Source: the human T2T-CHM13v2.0 reference genome, Homo sapiens
DNA: 64,000 bases
Reading direction: 5' to 3' (one strand)
Assembly (NCBI RefSeq): GCF_009914755.1
Contig: NC_060940.1
Below the pieces are notes generated by a model that saw only the letters and a list, made by a program, of their open reading frames with translations, was not told the origin of the DNA and ran no database searches. The position numbers and the translations under genes were made by a program. Shown piece after piece: positions 32,653-62,739 of the stretch (position 1 is the first letter of the stretch; each line of letters opens with the position of its first letter).

Positions 32653-33562
32653 TGTAGCCCTTTTATCTTTGGGGTGAGGGAGAGTTGCTAACTGAATCTC
32701 AGCCAGAAACCAGTGCCTGAGACAGAGGGACGCCCTGTCTATGGGGGGTGGCACTTCGCAGGTGGGGAGGTGAGGGGTTGACTGTCACCATCTTTAACCC
32801 TGTTGACTGCTCTCAATGGTGATAACGGATCTCCTATTGAAAAACTACGTGACGGAGCCCATCTTCAGCCCTTCATGTGTTAACTCACTTCATCCTTACA
32901 ACAGCCGTAGGAAGAAGGTAGTATCATTCTGTCCATTTTACAGCACAGAAAACTGAGGCACTGAGAAGTCACTTTGCCAAACTCATGGCTCAATGCAGAG
33001 GGCAGAGCTGGGATTCAAGGCCATTTCTAACATCCACACACATAATGATGTCACAGTCCGGCCTGTGTCTCTGGAGAGGGGACAGACCTTTTCTGAAACT
33101 GGCTCAGTTGTTGAACAGCCAAGGGTTCAGAGTCAGACAGTATGTGGCAAAGGGGTCGGGGAATCCTGCTGGGGGCTGAGTCAGGACCACCGTCCTTCAG
33201 CTGGAATAGGAGCTGATGGAAGCCAAGATTTTTTTTTTTTTTTAAATACCAAGCTTGAGTGACTTTTTAGAGAAACCTCTACCTCTCTGGAGAACTTGAG
33301 GGAGTCCATTCACGTGAACTCTGCCCACTCTGGAGTTGGGGTGTGAGTTGTCTCCTGGGGTTGTCTCCGTGGTTACTGGGCCAAGGGGAAGATTGGGTTT
33401 CCTCTGAAGGGTGGGTCAGCTGCTTCCACCGGCCCCCGGCCATTGACACCAACGATCCTTCTCTACCAAGGGCACTGGACTTGAAAAACCCATTTCCTCA
33501 ACTGGATCTGTAGAGGTGAGGCCAAGTGGTATCTCAGCTCTGCTTTTAAAAGTGAGGGATAA

Positions 33563-34590
33563 GCCCAGACACAGTGGCTCACGCCTGTAAATCCAAGTAT
33601 TTGAGAGGCTGGGGCAGAAAGATCACTTGAATCCAGGAGTTCCAGACCAGCCTGGGCAACAGAACGCGACCACCCACCTCCCCCCGACCCCCAGCAGTCT
33701 CTACAACAAATTTAAAAATTAGCCAAGTGTGGTGGCACATGCATGTAGTCCCAGCTACTTGGGAGGCTGAGGTGGGAGGATTGCTTGATGCCAGGAGGTC
33801 AAGGCTACAGAGAGCCATGATCACACCACTGCATTTCAGCCTGGGCAATAGAGCAAGACCCTGTCTCAAAAAAAATAAATAAATAAAAATAAACACTCTC
33901 TACTCTAGGATGGCTATAATTCTTTTGAATTTTAATAAGGCAGAAAATAAATGTTGGCGAGGATGTGGAGAAACAGGAACGCTCGTGCACTGCTGGTGGA
34001 AACGTAAATGGTGCAGCCACTGTGGAAAACAGCTTGGTGGTTCCTCATGATAAACATGGAGTTACCATATGACCCAGGAGTTCCACCCCTGGACGTATAG
34101 ACCCAAGAGAAGTGAAGACTCAAATACTTGTATTCAAATGCTCATAGCAGCGCTATTCACAACCCAAATGTGCCCACACAACCAAAATATGCATCAGTGG
34201 ATAAGCGAAATACAGTCTGCCCATCAATGGAATGTTATTCAGCCATATGAAGGAATGGGGTGCTGACCCGTGTGACAATAGGGATAAACCTGCAAAATGC
34301 CATGGGAAGGGAAAGAAGACTGTCACAAAAGGCTGCTTACTGCGTGGCTTCATTTATTTAAGTGTCCAGAACTGGCACATTCCTAGAGAGAAACAGGTTA
34401 CTGGTTGCCAAGGGCTGGGAGAGGGGGAATGAGAGTGACTATTCGTGGGTACGGGGTTTCCTTTGAGGGTGACAAAATGGTTTTGAAACTGGATAGATGA
34501 ATGCCCAACACTGTGAGAGAGCTAAATGCCACAGGATTGTTCTCTCAGAAATGGCTGACATTTGGTCAATTTTACCTCAATTTTTAAAAA
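33563..34590 (+). mobile_element. AluJ (~33563-33890) followed by an L1MB-like 3' fragment (~33895-34590)
   Basis: Alu consensus; AAATGTTGGCGAGGATGTGGAGAAA...AAATGGTGCAGCCACTGTGGAAAACAG L1 motifs. Confidence 0.85.
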
Positions 34591-34670
34591 GAGGGATAGA
34601 AGATAGGGGGCAAATAAGAAAAGTGATTGACATTCCGGTAGCTGTGTCGCCAGTGATATTGAGGAAATAG

Positions 34671-35389
<719 letters not shown>

Positions 35390-36449
35390 ATACCCAAAGT
35401 GCTGTTTCCTGTGGATGGTCCAGGGGTGGCCAAGACTCCAGCTGGAGAGGGGTGGGTTAACAGCACCAGGAGGAGCCCACCCACGTGTGCAGCAACCAGT
35501 GTTCCCCAGTGATCCCCCACCTGGCCCCAGCATCAGAGAATTGGAAGGAATCTGGGAAGGCAAGTCTACAGCCTTTAAACTCGTGTTTCTGAATTAAATT
35601 CATGTAGGAGCCAACCTTCCAGTTAAAAGCTCAGGTCCTGGAGCTAAACTTGTGTTCAAATCCAGTCTCCAGCACTAACTTGTTCATTAGCTGGGTTCTT
35701 ACTCTCTCTGCCTCAAGTTTCCTGGGGACAGTGAGTGGCAAGGACCCACAGCCTCAGAGTTGTGCCAGAACTCAGTGAGTTAATGCATGGTAGTGCAGAG
35801 AACGGTGGCTGGTGCAGTCGAGACCTCCTCTTGCTGGCCGTTAAGCCTTCAGCTCTGAGCCCCATCAGTGCTGATAGCTACAAACTACCCCCTTCTGCAC
35901 AGTCGCCACTTCCGCACAGTCGCCACTGCCAGCCCAGCCTGCATCTTCCCCAGCTGCATCCCAGAGCACGGATCCAGGAGGTGGGAAGACCCCTCAACCA
36001 TCCACAGTTGTGTACTCCTAAACTATTTATGGGGAAAGGCAGTGCACGCTCCCTTGGGCTAGAGGTGGGGTGCTCAGGGATTTCCCAGCCTGGGACTCTT
36101 GCCATAAGGGTGGATGTTTTGTATCGAGCAGGATATACTTATCAGCTGTGACCAGGAAAGGAGAAACTCACAATTCCAGCACGGCCAGAGAGCAGTTGCC
36201 ACAGCCGCCCCGTGTGTGCCCAGCAAAGCTGTGGGGCAGGGTGGAAGAGGAAGAGGGAGGTGCAGCTTGCCTTGGCCTCCCTCCTCTCCCGTCCTCTGCA
36301 CTCCCCAGCGATTGTCCAGGGCCAGCATTCATCAAACACCTCCCCTACCAGGCCCTGTGGAGAGGTTGCTAAACTTAGTCATTACATTCAGAATATTCCT
36401 AGGATGAGAAGAGATAAGAAAGTCAGAAGCTATTAAGAAACTTATTCTA

Positions 36450-36748
<299 letters not shown>

Positions 36749-37029
36749 CTTGCTGCAAGTCTCATGGCTTGTCTGAGGCAGAGCCAGGATTCGGACCCAC
36801 ATCTGTGTGATACCCAGGCCTGTATTCTCTCTCTGGCTGTCCTTTCCTCTTTATGCCATCTCTGTGTCATTAGACACAATACAATGAGACCGGCACCAAC
36901 AAAGCTTCCTCTGCTCCAGTGGACCCCAGAGACACAGACAGAAGAGCCCAGCTGCGCTCAGGGGCCTCCCTCTCAGAGTTCTCACCTCTGCAGGAAAAAA
37001 ACCTTGAGATTCCTGATCTTTGCCACCTG

Positions 37030-38385
<1,356 letters not shown>

Positions 38386-39172
38386 AGCCCACCCTCTAAG
38401 TCAGAATCTGATGAGTCCAGAGGGGAGGGACTCGGGAATAGGACCCTTCTCAGGACATCTTGGAAATGACCCATCTGCTTCCAGAGTTGGCCGGACGTTG
38501 CCATGGCTTTCCTTGGTCAGAGCCTGCTGTCCTGTTCTCCCTAGATCTGAGCCACTCAAATGTCCTGCTCCACAGACGCTACAGCCGGAGTCCCTGGGCC
38601 CACTTGAGCTGCTGGAGGCCTCTCCTTACCCGGGCTTTCTTGTTAGACAGCAGTGAGGGCGAGGAGTCCCGACAGACGCACCCTCCTGCCTTCACCAGCA
38701 ATTCCTGCTGATCCTGCTCACCTTCTGTAAACCGCCTACCCAATCCCGGCCCCTGCCTTTGCAGTCTGATTCTCAGTCATCAGTGTCTTTGGGAGGCCCA
38801 CCTTGTCACCCCCCAGCTCCAGGCCCTGGACTTTTAACTGGGAAGCTGCCTCCCATTGAATCCAATTCGGAAACGTGGGTTTAAGTGCTGTAGGAGACTT
38901 GCCTGACCAGATCGCCCCCAATTCCTGATGCTGGGGCAAGATCACGGGGGGTGGGGGGGCCACCAGGAAAGCTGGCAGGTGCACACGTGGGAGGACCCCT
39001 CCTGGTGCCGCTAACCCACCCCTCTCCAGCCAGAGTCTTGCACACCCCTAGGTTGTCTACAGGAAACACCACTTTGGGTATGAGAATGGCTTCCTCATTT
39101 CCTCAATATCACCAGCAACGTAGCTACCGCAGTGTTGATTGTTTCTCTTTTATGTTCCCTATCTTCTATTCC

Positions 39173-40108
39173 TTTTTGTTTGTTTTTTGTTTGGTTTTGT
39201 TTTGTTTTTTTGAGATGGAGTCTTGCTCTGTTGCCCAGGCTGGAGTGCAGTGGCGTGACACCACCTCACTGCAACCTCTGCCTCAAGTGATTCTCCCGCC
39301 TCAGCCTCCGGTGTAGCTGGGATTACAGGCGTGCGCCACCACACTTGGCTAATTTTTTGTGTGTGTTTTTAGTAGAGACAGGGTTTCACCATGTTGGACA
39401 GGGTGGTCTCGAACTCCCAACTTTCAGTGATCTGCCTGCCTCGGCCTCCCAAAGTGCTGGGATTACAGGCGTGAGCCACTGCACCTGGCCTCATTTTTTC
39501 CTTTTTTTAATTGAGGTAAAATTGACCAAATGTCAGCCACTCTAGAGAGAACAATTCAGTGGCATTTTGCACATTCATGATGTTGGGCGTTCATTGATCG
39601 AATTCCAAAAGGTATTTTTTTGTTACCCTCAAAGGAAATCCCGTACCCATGAATAGTCACTCTCATTCCCCCTCTCCCCAGCCTTTGGCAACCAGTAACC
39701 TGCTGTTCGTCTCTAGGAATGTGCCAGTTCTGGACACATATAAATGAAGCCACGCAGTAAGTAGCCTTTTGTGATGGTCTTCTCTGCCTTCGTGTGGTAT
39801 TTTGCAGGTTTATCCCTATTGTCACATGGGTCAGCGCCCCATTCCTTCATAATGGCTGAATAATATTCCGTTGTATGGATAGACTGCATTTTGTTTATCC
39901 ATTCCTTCATTGATGGACCTTTGGGTTGTTTCCCCTTTTGGCTAATGTGAATAGCATTGCTATGAGTATTTGAGTACAAGCATTTGAGTCCCTGTTTTTA
40001 CTTCTCTTGGGCCTATATACCCAGGGGTGGAATTGCTGGATCATACGGTAACTCCATGTTTAGCAGGAGGAACCACCAAGCTGTTTTCCACGGCAGCTGC
40101 ACCATTTA
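39173..40108 (-). mobile_element. Alu (~39173-39490) plus L1MB-like 3' fragment (~39500-40108), the inverted copy of 34005-34590
   Basis: Reverse complement aligns by eye to 34005-34590. Confidence 0.85.
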
Positions 40109-41319
40109 ACCTCCTGCTCCTGTCTCACTGCATTGAGAATGAAACCCAAACTTTGCACATGCCCTCTGAGACCCTGCAAGAAGTCCCTTACCTTGGGCTG
40201 CAGCCATGGGGCTCTCTCAGGACATTGGTACTGCATCTCCCCCTAACACTATGCCCAGCTACCAACTTCTCATCCTCCAGGACACAACATCAAAGTCACC
40301 TGTTTACAGAAGACTTCTCTGCCCCTCTCCTCCCACTCTGTATCAGAAGGGTTAAAATGCTGCAAAGGCCAAAGTGGTTACAAAAGTGAAGCAAAGGTGG
40401 TGAGAAATAACGAATACAAATAACCAAAAGCAGGCTCTTCTCAGCCCATTTTCACTTTCCACTGTGATTAGAGCCATGGGTTGGAGAGAGGTGTCACTTT
40501 CCTCTCAGCTCTATAGTCAGAACAACAATCATTGAGGGGTCTTAATGGCAGTGGATACATAGGCTCAGTGTTAGAAATCTCCAGAGAGAAGCCAGCGCTG
40601 TGGGAACCTGGGGAGCAATGCCCCATCTCCTGGGGGCAGCCACTGCCCAGCACATGCTCTGCTGCCATGCAGAAATGTGGGCTCAGGATGGCCGTACCTT
40701 CTGATTTTTCAGCTGGAGGTTTCTGTGAAATGCTTTGGTTTCTGCATTTAAAGTAAATTCAACTTAAAAAAAAAAAAAAGTAAGTCTAATTGTTCAGACT
40801 AGTCCCTCTCAAGCCACCTGATGACAGACAACTGAGGCTGTGAGTGACCTCAGACAAGACCAGCAAAAGAACCACCCAGCTGAGCCCAGCCCACATTGCA
40901 GAATTGTGAGGAAATAAATGGAGGTTGTGTTAAGCCATACATTGTTGAGTGTTTGTTATACAACAATAGATAACTGATACACAGCCCTTATTATGATCTT
41001 TCATCATCTTTGTTTATTTGTTTACTTTTTTGTCTCTCTCCCCTGCCCACCCCTTTCCCCACACACTCACTGGAATATCAGCTCCATCAGCCCATGGACC
41101 TTGTCAGTCTTGTTTCTTTTCCATTTCCCAGTGCTCATACAATGCCCAGTAGGCGCTCAATAAATATCTTTTGAAGAGTGAATAAATAAATGTTTAGGTC
41201 AACAAACATTTGCGGTGCCATCCTCTTGTCACAAGACACCAAGCTGGAGATGAGGGTGATCCAATCTCTCCATGAGGAAACACGTAGCTTCCCAGACTTG
41301 TTCTTCATCTTCCATCATG

Positions 41320-44005
<2,686 letters not shown>

Positions 44006-44369
44006 AGAAGTGAAGATGAAGCTGGGTGATGGAGAATGGGGCATACCATGGCCACTCCAGGGAGAGCTGTTAGCGGGAGTGGTTCTGTGCACCCAAATAC
44101 TAGCCAATAAATCAATACATAAGCAGGAAGAGTACTTCCAACCATTAAAATAATTTGAATAATATTTGAATAATTTGAATAAATAATATTATTTTAATTG
44201 ATTATTGTGGGATCAATGAATTCTAAATAAAAAATGCACTAAAAGTCTGTAGTGGGTGATGGGGTGGGGGATTTAGGGGTGCCGACGGGGTAGACCCCTA
44301 TTGAAAGAGGCACGAAAACTGGGAGATGAAAAGCATAGGCTCGTTTGCCCTGTGTCTTCCTTCTCACGG

Positions 44370-44720
44370 CAGGGGATCGGCCGGCCACCTTCTCCCTGTG
44401 ACTTCCTCCCAGTCCCGTCACCAAACCCCTGAGGCCGTCCTGGCATCAGACCGCAGGCCATAAAAGCGTCCAGCAGAGGGCGCCCCAAACCCACGAGGGC
44501 CGCGGCGAAGAAGAAGGTAGCGGCCGCTGTCCTCTCCCCTCCCAGGCAGGTCCGGTGCGGAAGGGATCGCTGGACACTGGCGATGGTGGAGAGGCATGGT
44601 GGGCCGGGTCCCCCGCACCCTTCATGGCCCTGACTCGGGGCTGCCCATGACCTTCAGCGTCAGAGCTCGGTCTGGTCCATGCCTGCCTTGGGGAAGCTGC
44701 GCCGCCTCTGCACCCACCCA
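44370..44720. promoter_or_regulatory. Small CpG/GC-rich element with CTCF-type motif CCAGCAGAGGGCGCC (44470-44484)
   Basis: Locally dense CpGs (CGGCCGGCC, CCGCGGCG, GCGGCCGC) in non-repeat DNA; motif fits the CTCF core CCASYAGRKGGCRS. Confidence 0.65.
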
Positions 44721-45645
44721 GGTCAGGGCCACCTTCCCTCCATTTGCAGCATGAGCAGGTCTGAGGTGGCGGCTCCGGGCTGAACAGCAGGAACTGAGTT
44801 CTTTGTCCACATGTGAGGGTGGGCAGCCCATGAACAGTCCACCCAGACACAAGTTACCCTGCCCCCGAGCCGGAATCCAGCCCTGAGACCCCACAGTGCT
44901 GCCTCTGAAACAGTGCTGGGACGTCTGTCTGAGCCTGAGCTCAGACTTTGGTGTCCCGCTGCTGAGGCCGGGGTCCCGCCGCTGTGACCGTGGCAAGGGT
45001 AAGCCCTTTGTGCACCTGTGCCGTTGCCTGTAAAATGCTGGCAGTAATCACAGTGGAGCTACCCTAGAGGTTTGCTAGGAGGGTTACATGAGCCGTGCCT
45101 GGCACGGGCCACAGAGGGTGGGTTGCACATGGCTCTTTTCCCCACTGCCCAGTTATTAATCCAGGTCACAGTTACTTCTTCCCCCAGCCTCACAGAAGAT
45201 GGGGGCCACTGTAAACCCCACCCCATCCCAGATGAATCAAGCCATCACCATACCCCCCCCCTCCAAATGATCCATGCCACCATAATATGCCCTCTGGATG
45301 ACTCAGACCACCACTGCCCCCTCCCCAACACACACGTACACCCTGATGGCCCCAGCAGTCTCCTAACTGTCCTCCCTGGCTCCAGCCTTGCCCCGCTCCC
45401 TTCCACCATCCACTCTGCAGCCAGACTGATTTTTCTAAAATGCAAATCTGATCACATTACTTCCTACTTAACATCCACCAACAATTTCCCAATAAACTCG
45501 GGATGAAATTCAAGCTCCTTAATGTGAGTTCTGAGGCCTTTCCTGATCTGGCTGGGGCCTGGCACTCCAGCCTCATCCCTCTGAGTGACAGCCAGAGCCC
45601 AACCATGGGGGGCCCAGGCAGGAACTGTGACACCCCCAAATTCCA

Positions 45646-46316
45646 CTTTTTAAAATTTTATTTTATTTTAAGTTCCGGGATACATGCGCAGAATGTTCAG
45701 GTTTATTACATAGGTAAACGTGTGCCATGGTGGTTTCCTGCACTTATCAACCCATCACCTAGGTATTGAGCCCCCCACATGCATTAGCCATTTATCCTGA
45801 TGCTTTCCCTCACCTCACACCCCGCTGCTGACAGGCCCCAGTGTGTGTTGTTCCCCTCCCTGTGTCCATGTGTTCTCAATGTTCAGCTCCCACTTATAAG
45901 CAAGAACACGTAGTATTTGGTTTTCTGTTCCTGTGTTACTTTGCTGAGGATAATGGCTTCCAGCTCCATCCATGTTCCTGCAAAGGACATGATCTCTTTC
46001 CTTTTTATGGCTGCATAGTATTCCATGGTGTAAATGTACCACATTTACTTTATCCAGTCTGTCATTGATGGACATTTGGATTGATTCCATGTCTGTGCTA
46101 TTGTGAATAGTGCTGCAATGAACAAACTCATGTATGAATCTTTATAACAGAATGATTTATATTCCTTTGGGTATATACCCAGCAATCGGATTGCTGGGTC
46201 AAATGGTATTTCTGGTTCTAGGTCTTTGAGGAATCGCCACACTGTCTTCCACAACGGTTGAAATAATTTACACTCCCACCAACAGTATAAAAGTGTCCCT
46301 ATTTCTCCACAGCCTT
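45646..46316 (-). mobile_element. L1PA-family 3' end, 5'-truncated
   Basis: AAGTTCCGGGATACATGCGCAGAATG L1PA 3' end; minus-strand ORF WKTVWRFLKDLEPEIPFDPAI is the L1 ORF2 C-terminus. Confidence 0.92.
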
Positions 46317-46910
46317 AAATATTTGCACATTTATCAAACAGGGAAACTACTTTTTATTATTAACATAAAAGGTATTCCTCTCTCTGGGTGAAAACAAGGG
46401 CTTTAGAGTGTGCATACTGTGAAAGTAACCTGTTAACTTATCAGAAAATGTCTTTTATCTGACATTTTCCTGCCCTCATCAATGGATGACGTTAGTCACA
46501 TTCCTTGAAGGATGACTGGAGCTTACATGGACCCAGGTTCAAAGTCGTAGTCTCTTTGAAGAGCCTCAACTTTTCCAGCCTGACTCCGGGTTGGAACCTG
46601 CGTGCCTGAGGTTCCTCTCAGGATCAGCGTCTCCACCGTCAGACATTCTTATGAGGATACGGGTGGGTCAGCGCCGGGTAAAGGTGCTGGCTAAGTTTCC
46701 ACCTTGTGGAGGTGGGATGACTTGCAATTCCCGTCTCCTGATTCATCCCCGGGTTACTGATTCATTTCCCTGGAATCTGGACTGCTTATGGCCATGCCCC
46801 CAGCTGCTGCTGGGCAAGCTGAGTGCTCCATTCAGCCCTGGTTCACACAACACATTCCTGGGCTCCTGATACAGGGCCTTGCGAGCGTTCAGACCCAATG
46901 CTTCTTGCAT

Positions 46911-47797
<887 letters not shown>

Positions 47798-48447
47798 TGA
47801 ATGTTTCTTTCTGTCTTGAAGTTGAATTCCCTGGTATATAATTTAGCTATACATGTGATTTCAGATACATCAATATCATGCCTATTTACAATATAAAGGA
47901 GGATTAAAAAGAAATTAATTTGACATAAAATTGTATGTGGGGACATTAGAACCCCCTCTACCCCAGAGACATAAAGAAGTAGTAAGCCACTTGCTCCTGC
48001 TCAGGAATCCCCAGGAAGGCTGCAGCCACAGCACAGATGGCCACAGGTGTGCCTGTGGGTGACTCAAACATCACAGGCTGGCAGGCTCTCAGTGACGTGA
48101 TTTTCCAAAATGGTGAGCAACTCTTGGTTAACGTCCAAATGAAACAAAGAACAACCTTACCTCCATTTACGCTGTGGTTGTGCTCCTGGGAAATGCAGGG
48201 ACAATGAAAACTGAGCAGGAAAAAACGGCCTTTTTATGTAAAGTGAAGTTAGATTCCAGACACAGATAATTTCAAGCAGGGTTTTCGCCTACGTGAATGT
48301 CCTGAGAGACGGCAGCCCATCCTGGGGGCCGAGGGCCCATTCTTGTCATCAGGGACTGTCTGTCTAGCTTTCCTGCCCACTGCCACCACCAAATGCCAGT
48401 GCTTCCCACACTCACACGTTATGGAGACAAATTTCCAACCCCAGTAG

Positions 48448-49160
<713 letters not shown>

Positions 49161-50891
49161 CCCTTCCTCTCCTTTTCATCTAGGAGGCTTCTCTTTCTTC
49201 AAGTCTCCATGCATTATTCATTTTTCCAGAAAACCCACCCTGACTCCTGCAGGCTGGGGAAACATCCCTTCCTGCCACCACGGCCCTATTCACCCTACTT
49301 CCAGAACCCGAGAACCTGGTTACCCTGTGCATCTTTGTACTCACACCTACCCTGGGAAGCCAGGAGCCTTGACCCTTCACCATCAACCCCCACTTCAGCC
49401 TCAGTGCCTGGTATTCAGTAGGTGCTCAATAAATGTCGAATACATGAATCCTAGCAGTGGCTCCACTTCCCGTGCTGGGCTCACTCACAGGCATCCCAGA
49501 AAGTAGGACTATTCTTAGTCCCATTTTTCAGGTGGGGAAACTGAGGCTCAGAGAGGTCAGGTGACATGCCCAAGGTCACAGAGGGGACACAGATACCAAT
49601 GTAGCACTTCAAATTCTCTAGAGAGTCTGCGACTGCCCCGCTCAACACCCCCAGCAACTTTCCTTAAAAGACTCAAACCCCACACCTTCCCCCAACACCA
49701 CCACCGGCGTCTTCAATCATCCAGCCCTTTTGGATGTACAGCCCCCGGGCTTCTGCAGACCTGCTCCCTGATTCCTGAGCACAGCCGCCTCCCTGACTTT
49801 ACCTCTCCTTCCCCCATTGTCTCTACCTTACCTGTCCTGCAAGGCCTATCTCAGTGCAACTCTTCCCCCACCATCGAAAACCGCTCTCCCCATCCCAGTC
49901 GCCTCTGTGAGCTGTGATGTTTGAACCTGTTTCCCAGCCTTTGACATCAGCATCTCCCAGGCGGGGCTCAGGCTTTCCTCACTCCTGACTGCCTCCCTAG
50001 GGCACCCAGCTCAGGGCCTGGCCTGTAGCCCACGATCACATGCCCAATCCCCCGACATTTGCTGAGCTCCGTGTGAGCCGAGCAACTACAGATGCATGGA
50101 AGGGAACAGAGCAGGTGCGTGCACAGATGCGTGTGGGCCACCCTCCTCTTCTGCACCTCGCCATTGCTGCCAAGGCTATGGGCACCTGGCACGGCTGGAG
50201 GCCAGAAGAGACTCCATGTCCAGTGGCCACCACCGAGCTGGCCCTGGTCCAGCTCACCCAGGACAGGATCTGGCTCTATTGACTTCAGCTCCTTTCTAGT
50301 CCCAAGCAGATCTGGAGTCACCCTGCATTGGTTGCCACAGACGAGGAACAAGAGGGGGTATTGGGAGAAGCAGGGGGCCCAGGCATCTCCTTCCTGGGTC
50401 ACTCAATGTCTACAAGCCACACTTTAGCCTCTCTGAGCCTCAGTTTCCCACCTGTAAACTGAATGTTTGGAAGGAGATGATCTTCAAGGTCTTCTGGGAT
50501 TTTGATACTTTAAGATTCATCCAACAACTGTGTTTTTGAGCACTTTTGTGCCTCAAAGGCGAGATGCCTTTGGGGATGATAGAAACCAGTCCAATCTCAG
50601 ATTACAACCTCTCACTTCCTGTCCTCCATTTCCATTTAAGTTTTCTCCTTAGTATTTAGCAACACTTAATATACTTGTGATTTCATCTCTTCGATTTGAT
50701 GTGTGTCTCTGTGAGCTCTAACCCAACACATAGAGCAGGGCTTGGCACATAGTAGGCTCTCAGTAAATATTTGTTGAGTGAATGAATAAAAAAAGAACTG
50801 TTTTTTGGATCAAATGAGCTCCATGACATCCGGTGTCTTTATCAAACCTCAACAAGATTCCGAGAACAATCACAATAAAAACAATCTCTTG

Positions 50892-53943
<3,052 letters not shown>

Positions 53944-54322
53944 TGACAAGAAAGAAAAGGATAATTTCATTAGAATAGGTGTCCAAGCATACTCTTATTC
54001 AGTCAAAGAGTATGAACAATTTCACAGCATTAATACGAGTTGCCAAATTGCTTTTCCAAGGAGACAGTCAGCTCGATACTGACACAGGGTCCGCCTGGTC
54101 CTGCCTCACTCACCAGTCCTGACCAGCACTGAGCATCAGCTACTTTCATCAAAAATAACACACTGGGGGCTTCCTTGAGGTGGCGCATGGTCTTTGATTT
54201 GTCTGTCTTCCCCTCCTAGGCCACTACAAAACCCAATGGCCTGGCTTTCAACCCTTACTCAGCAAATTAGCCTCGGTCCAATCCCTTTACCTCCCTAACC
54301 TTGTTTCCTCATCTGGAAAATG

Positions 54323-54435
54323 CAGAGTGACCAATTGTCCCTGTTTTCTCAGCTTAAGGGGGTCCCCAGGATGTGGGACTTTCTGTGCTAAAACCAGGCA
54401 AGACCCAGGCAAATCAGAACAAGCTGGTCTTCCTA
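54323..54435. mobile_element. MER81-like hAT-Blackjack MITE
   Basis: ~113 bp with TIR-like ends CAGAGTGACCAATTGTCC / AAGCTGGTCTTCCTA and internal GGGACTTTCTGTGCTAAAACCAGG. Confidence 0.7.
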
Positions 54436-54785
54436 GTAAAAGGCAAATAATGCTGCCTCTGCCCAGAGACTTGCTGTGCGTGGTAAATGAGCCGACTGGA
54501 TTAAAGGGCAGCTGCACAGACTCTGGGCCCCCTACTTTGTACCCACGGCTGCTAAACACAAGTGGCAAATCAGAGGCTGCCAAATGCCAGGGACCCGGAT
54601 GCCCCACACATGGACACCATGTGAGCCCTTCATCACACAGCTTCCTCGTGCCTGGCATCAGGCTGGCACATGGTAGGTGCTCACTAAACAGACGCTGAGT
54701 GAATTAAAGGATGGTTCAGCTCCTGCTTGCATGTAAATTTCATCGTCCAGTTCCACTGCATCTTCTTGGCCTTGGGTGTTATTCA

Positions 54786-56062
<1,277 letters not shown>

Positions 56063-56306
56063 TTCTTGGATGCAATTGTGCATGGGGCTAAGCCCTGCCC
56101 CAACTCAGTAAGCACTGAAATAGTATTTGTTAATCAAATGAATTCTATCTAATTCTTTTCAATCCTTTCCAAGAAACACAACATTATAGAATACAGCGGA
56201 AACCCCTGATTTCAAGGGGTTCTTTTACATCCAGGTTTTCTCTCTCAAGGGACGTGTCACCGCTCTCCAGATAAAACCTGGTATTTCTCTTCCCGTGCAT
56301 GTTTTT

Positions 56307-56522
56307 GTTTGTTTAAATTATTCATTTATTTATTTTTATTATACTTTACGTTCTGAGGTACCTGTGCAGAACGTGCAGGTTTGTTACATAGGTATACACG
56401 TGCCATGGTGGTTTGCTGCACGCATCAACCTGTCATCTACGTTAGGTATTTCTCCTATTGCTATCCCTCCCCTAGCCCCCGACCCCCCGATAGGCCCCGG
56501 TGTGTGATGTTCCCCTCCCTGT
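56307..56522 (-). mobile_element. Short L1PA 3' end
   Basis: GTACCTGTGCAGAACGTGCAGGTTTGTTACATAGG; TSD GTGCATGTTTTT / GTGCGTGTTTTT. Confidence 0.88.
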
Positions 56523-56705
56523 GTGCGTGTTTTTATATTGTTAATACTCGCTCATGTTTGCAGTAACCAGATGGAGCATTATGTAAGTGGTATCATCCTG
56601 CCTGGGTCACCCTGCCTGTTGCCTCTGTGGGTCACTTCCACTGTCCTAGGGTATTCCATGGGGTGGGTTGGACCATAATTAACGAGTCATTCATTGGGAG
56701 ATGGC

Positions 56706-57630
<925 letters not shown>

Positions 57631-57734
57631 ATGGCCACATGGATGATTTCTCATTTTTTAACGTTCAAAAACGCTTCAGTGAATATTTGAAACAGTCTCT
57701 TTGGGCACTGATTCAAGCAGCATCCGAGAGCTTG

Positions 57735-60150
<2,416 letters not shown>

Positions 60151-60179
60151 ATCACTAGCTAAAAGTCGAAGTTAGGTTG

Positions 60180-61987
<1,808 letters not shown>

Positions 61988-62739
61988 CTAGATTGAAAAT
62001 CTTTTCATATCTTATTGCTTCTGCTTTGGGCAATTCCCTATTCATATCTGCCCATTTTGCAGTTGGAGTTGAGAGTTGATCATGCATATCGATTTGCAGG
62101 GCTTCTTTGTAAATCCTGGTTACTAATTTGCATTGCTAGACTTTTGTGCTGGTCTAGAGCTTGTCTTTTTACTTGTTTATGGTACCCTTTGATGTTCAGG
62201 GGTTTTTTTTCTATAATTTTAATATAGTCAAATGCTTCAAGCTTCAAGGCTCATCTTGTTTAAGAAATGCCTCCCTATACCAAGGTTATGGAAATATTGT
62301 CTTACATTTTCTACTAAATATTTTCAAGTGTTGTTTCCCACATTTTGGCCTCCATCCGCCCGGAATTCATTTGTGTGTGGCATATGAAAATAGTCTAATT
62401 TTAGTTTCCCAAGTACCGTGCCAGAGGCTGCCACCACCCCGTTTCATGCTCTGCTCTCCCCGATGGCCTGAGGCTTGTCCTCTGCCCTGCAGGCTCCAGT
62501 GTTTCCCTCCGAAGGGTGGGGCACTCATCACCAGGAAGCATCTTGCCTGCCCCAAGGGTGAGTCCAGCTGGCACCTGTAGCGGTGGCCGCATTCTTCTGG
62601 CAGGGGCTGCAGGGATGAGGACTATAGGAGAGTCCCGAGGCTGCCGGAACAAAATTCCACAAACTTTATGCCTTCAGGTAACAAAAATGTATTCTCTCAC
62701 AAGTCAGGAGGCCACAAATCCGAATCAGGTTGTCAGCAG

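Noticed and set aside
44418-45506. GC-rich ORFs (124-144 aa) as an unannotated gene or processed pseudogene
   Set aside because: No recognisable protein family, poly(A) tail or TSD; long ORFs are expected in GC-rich DNA, and part looks like an old L2 remnant.
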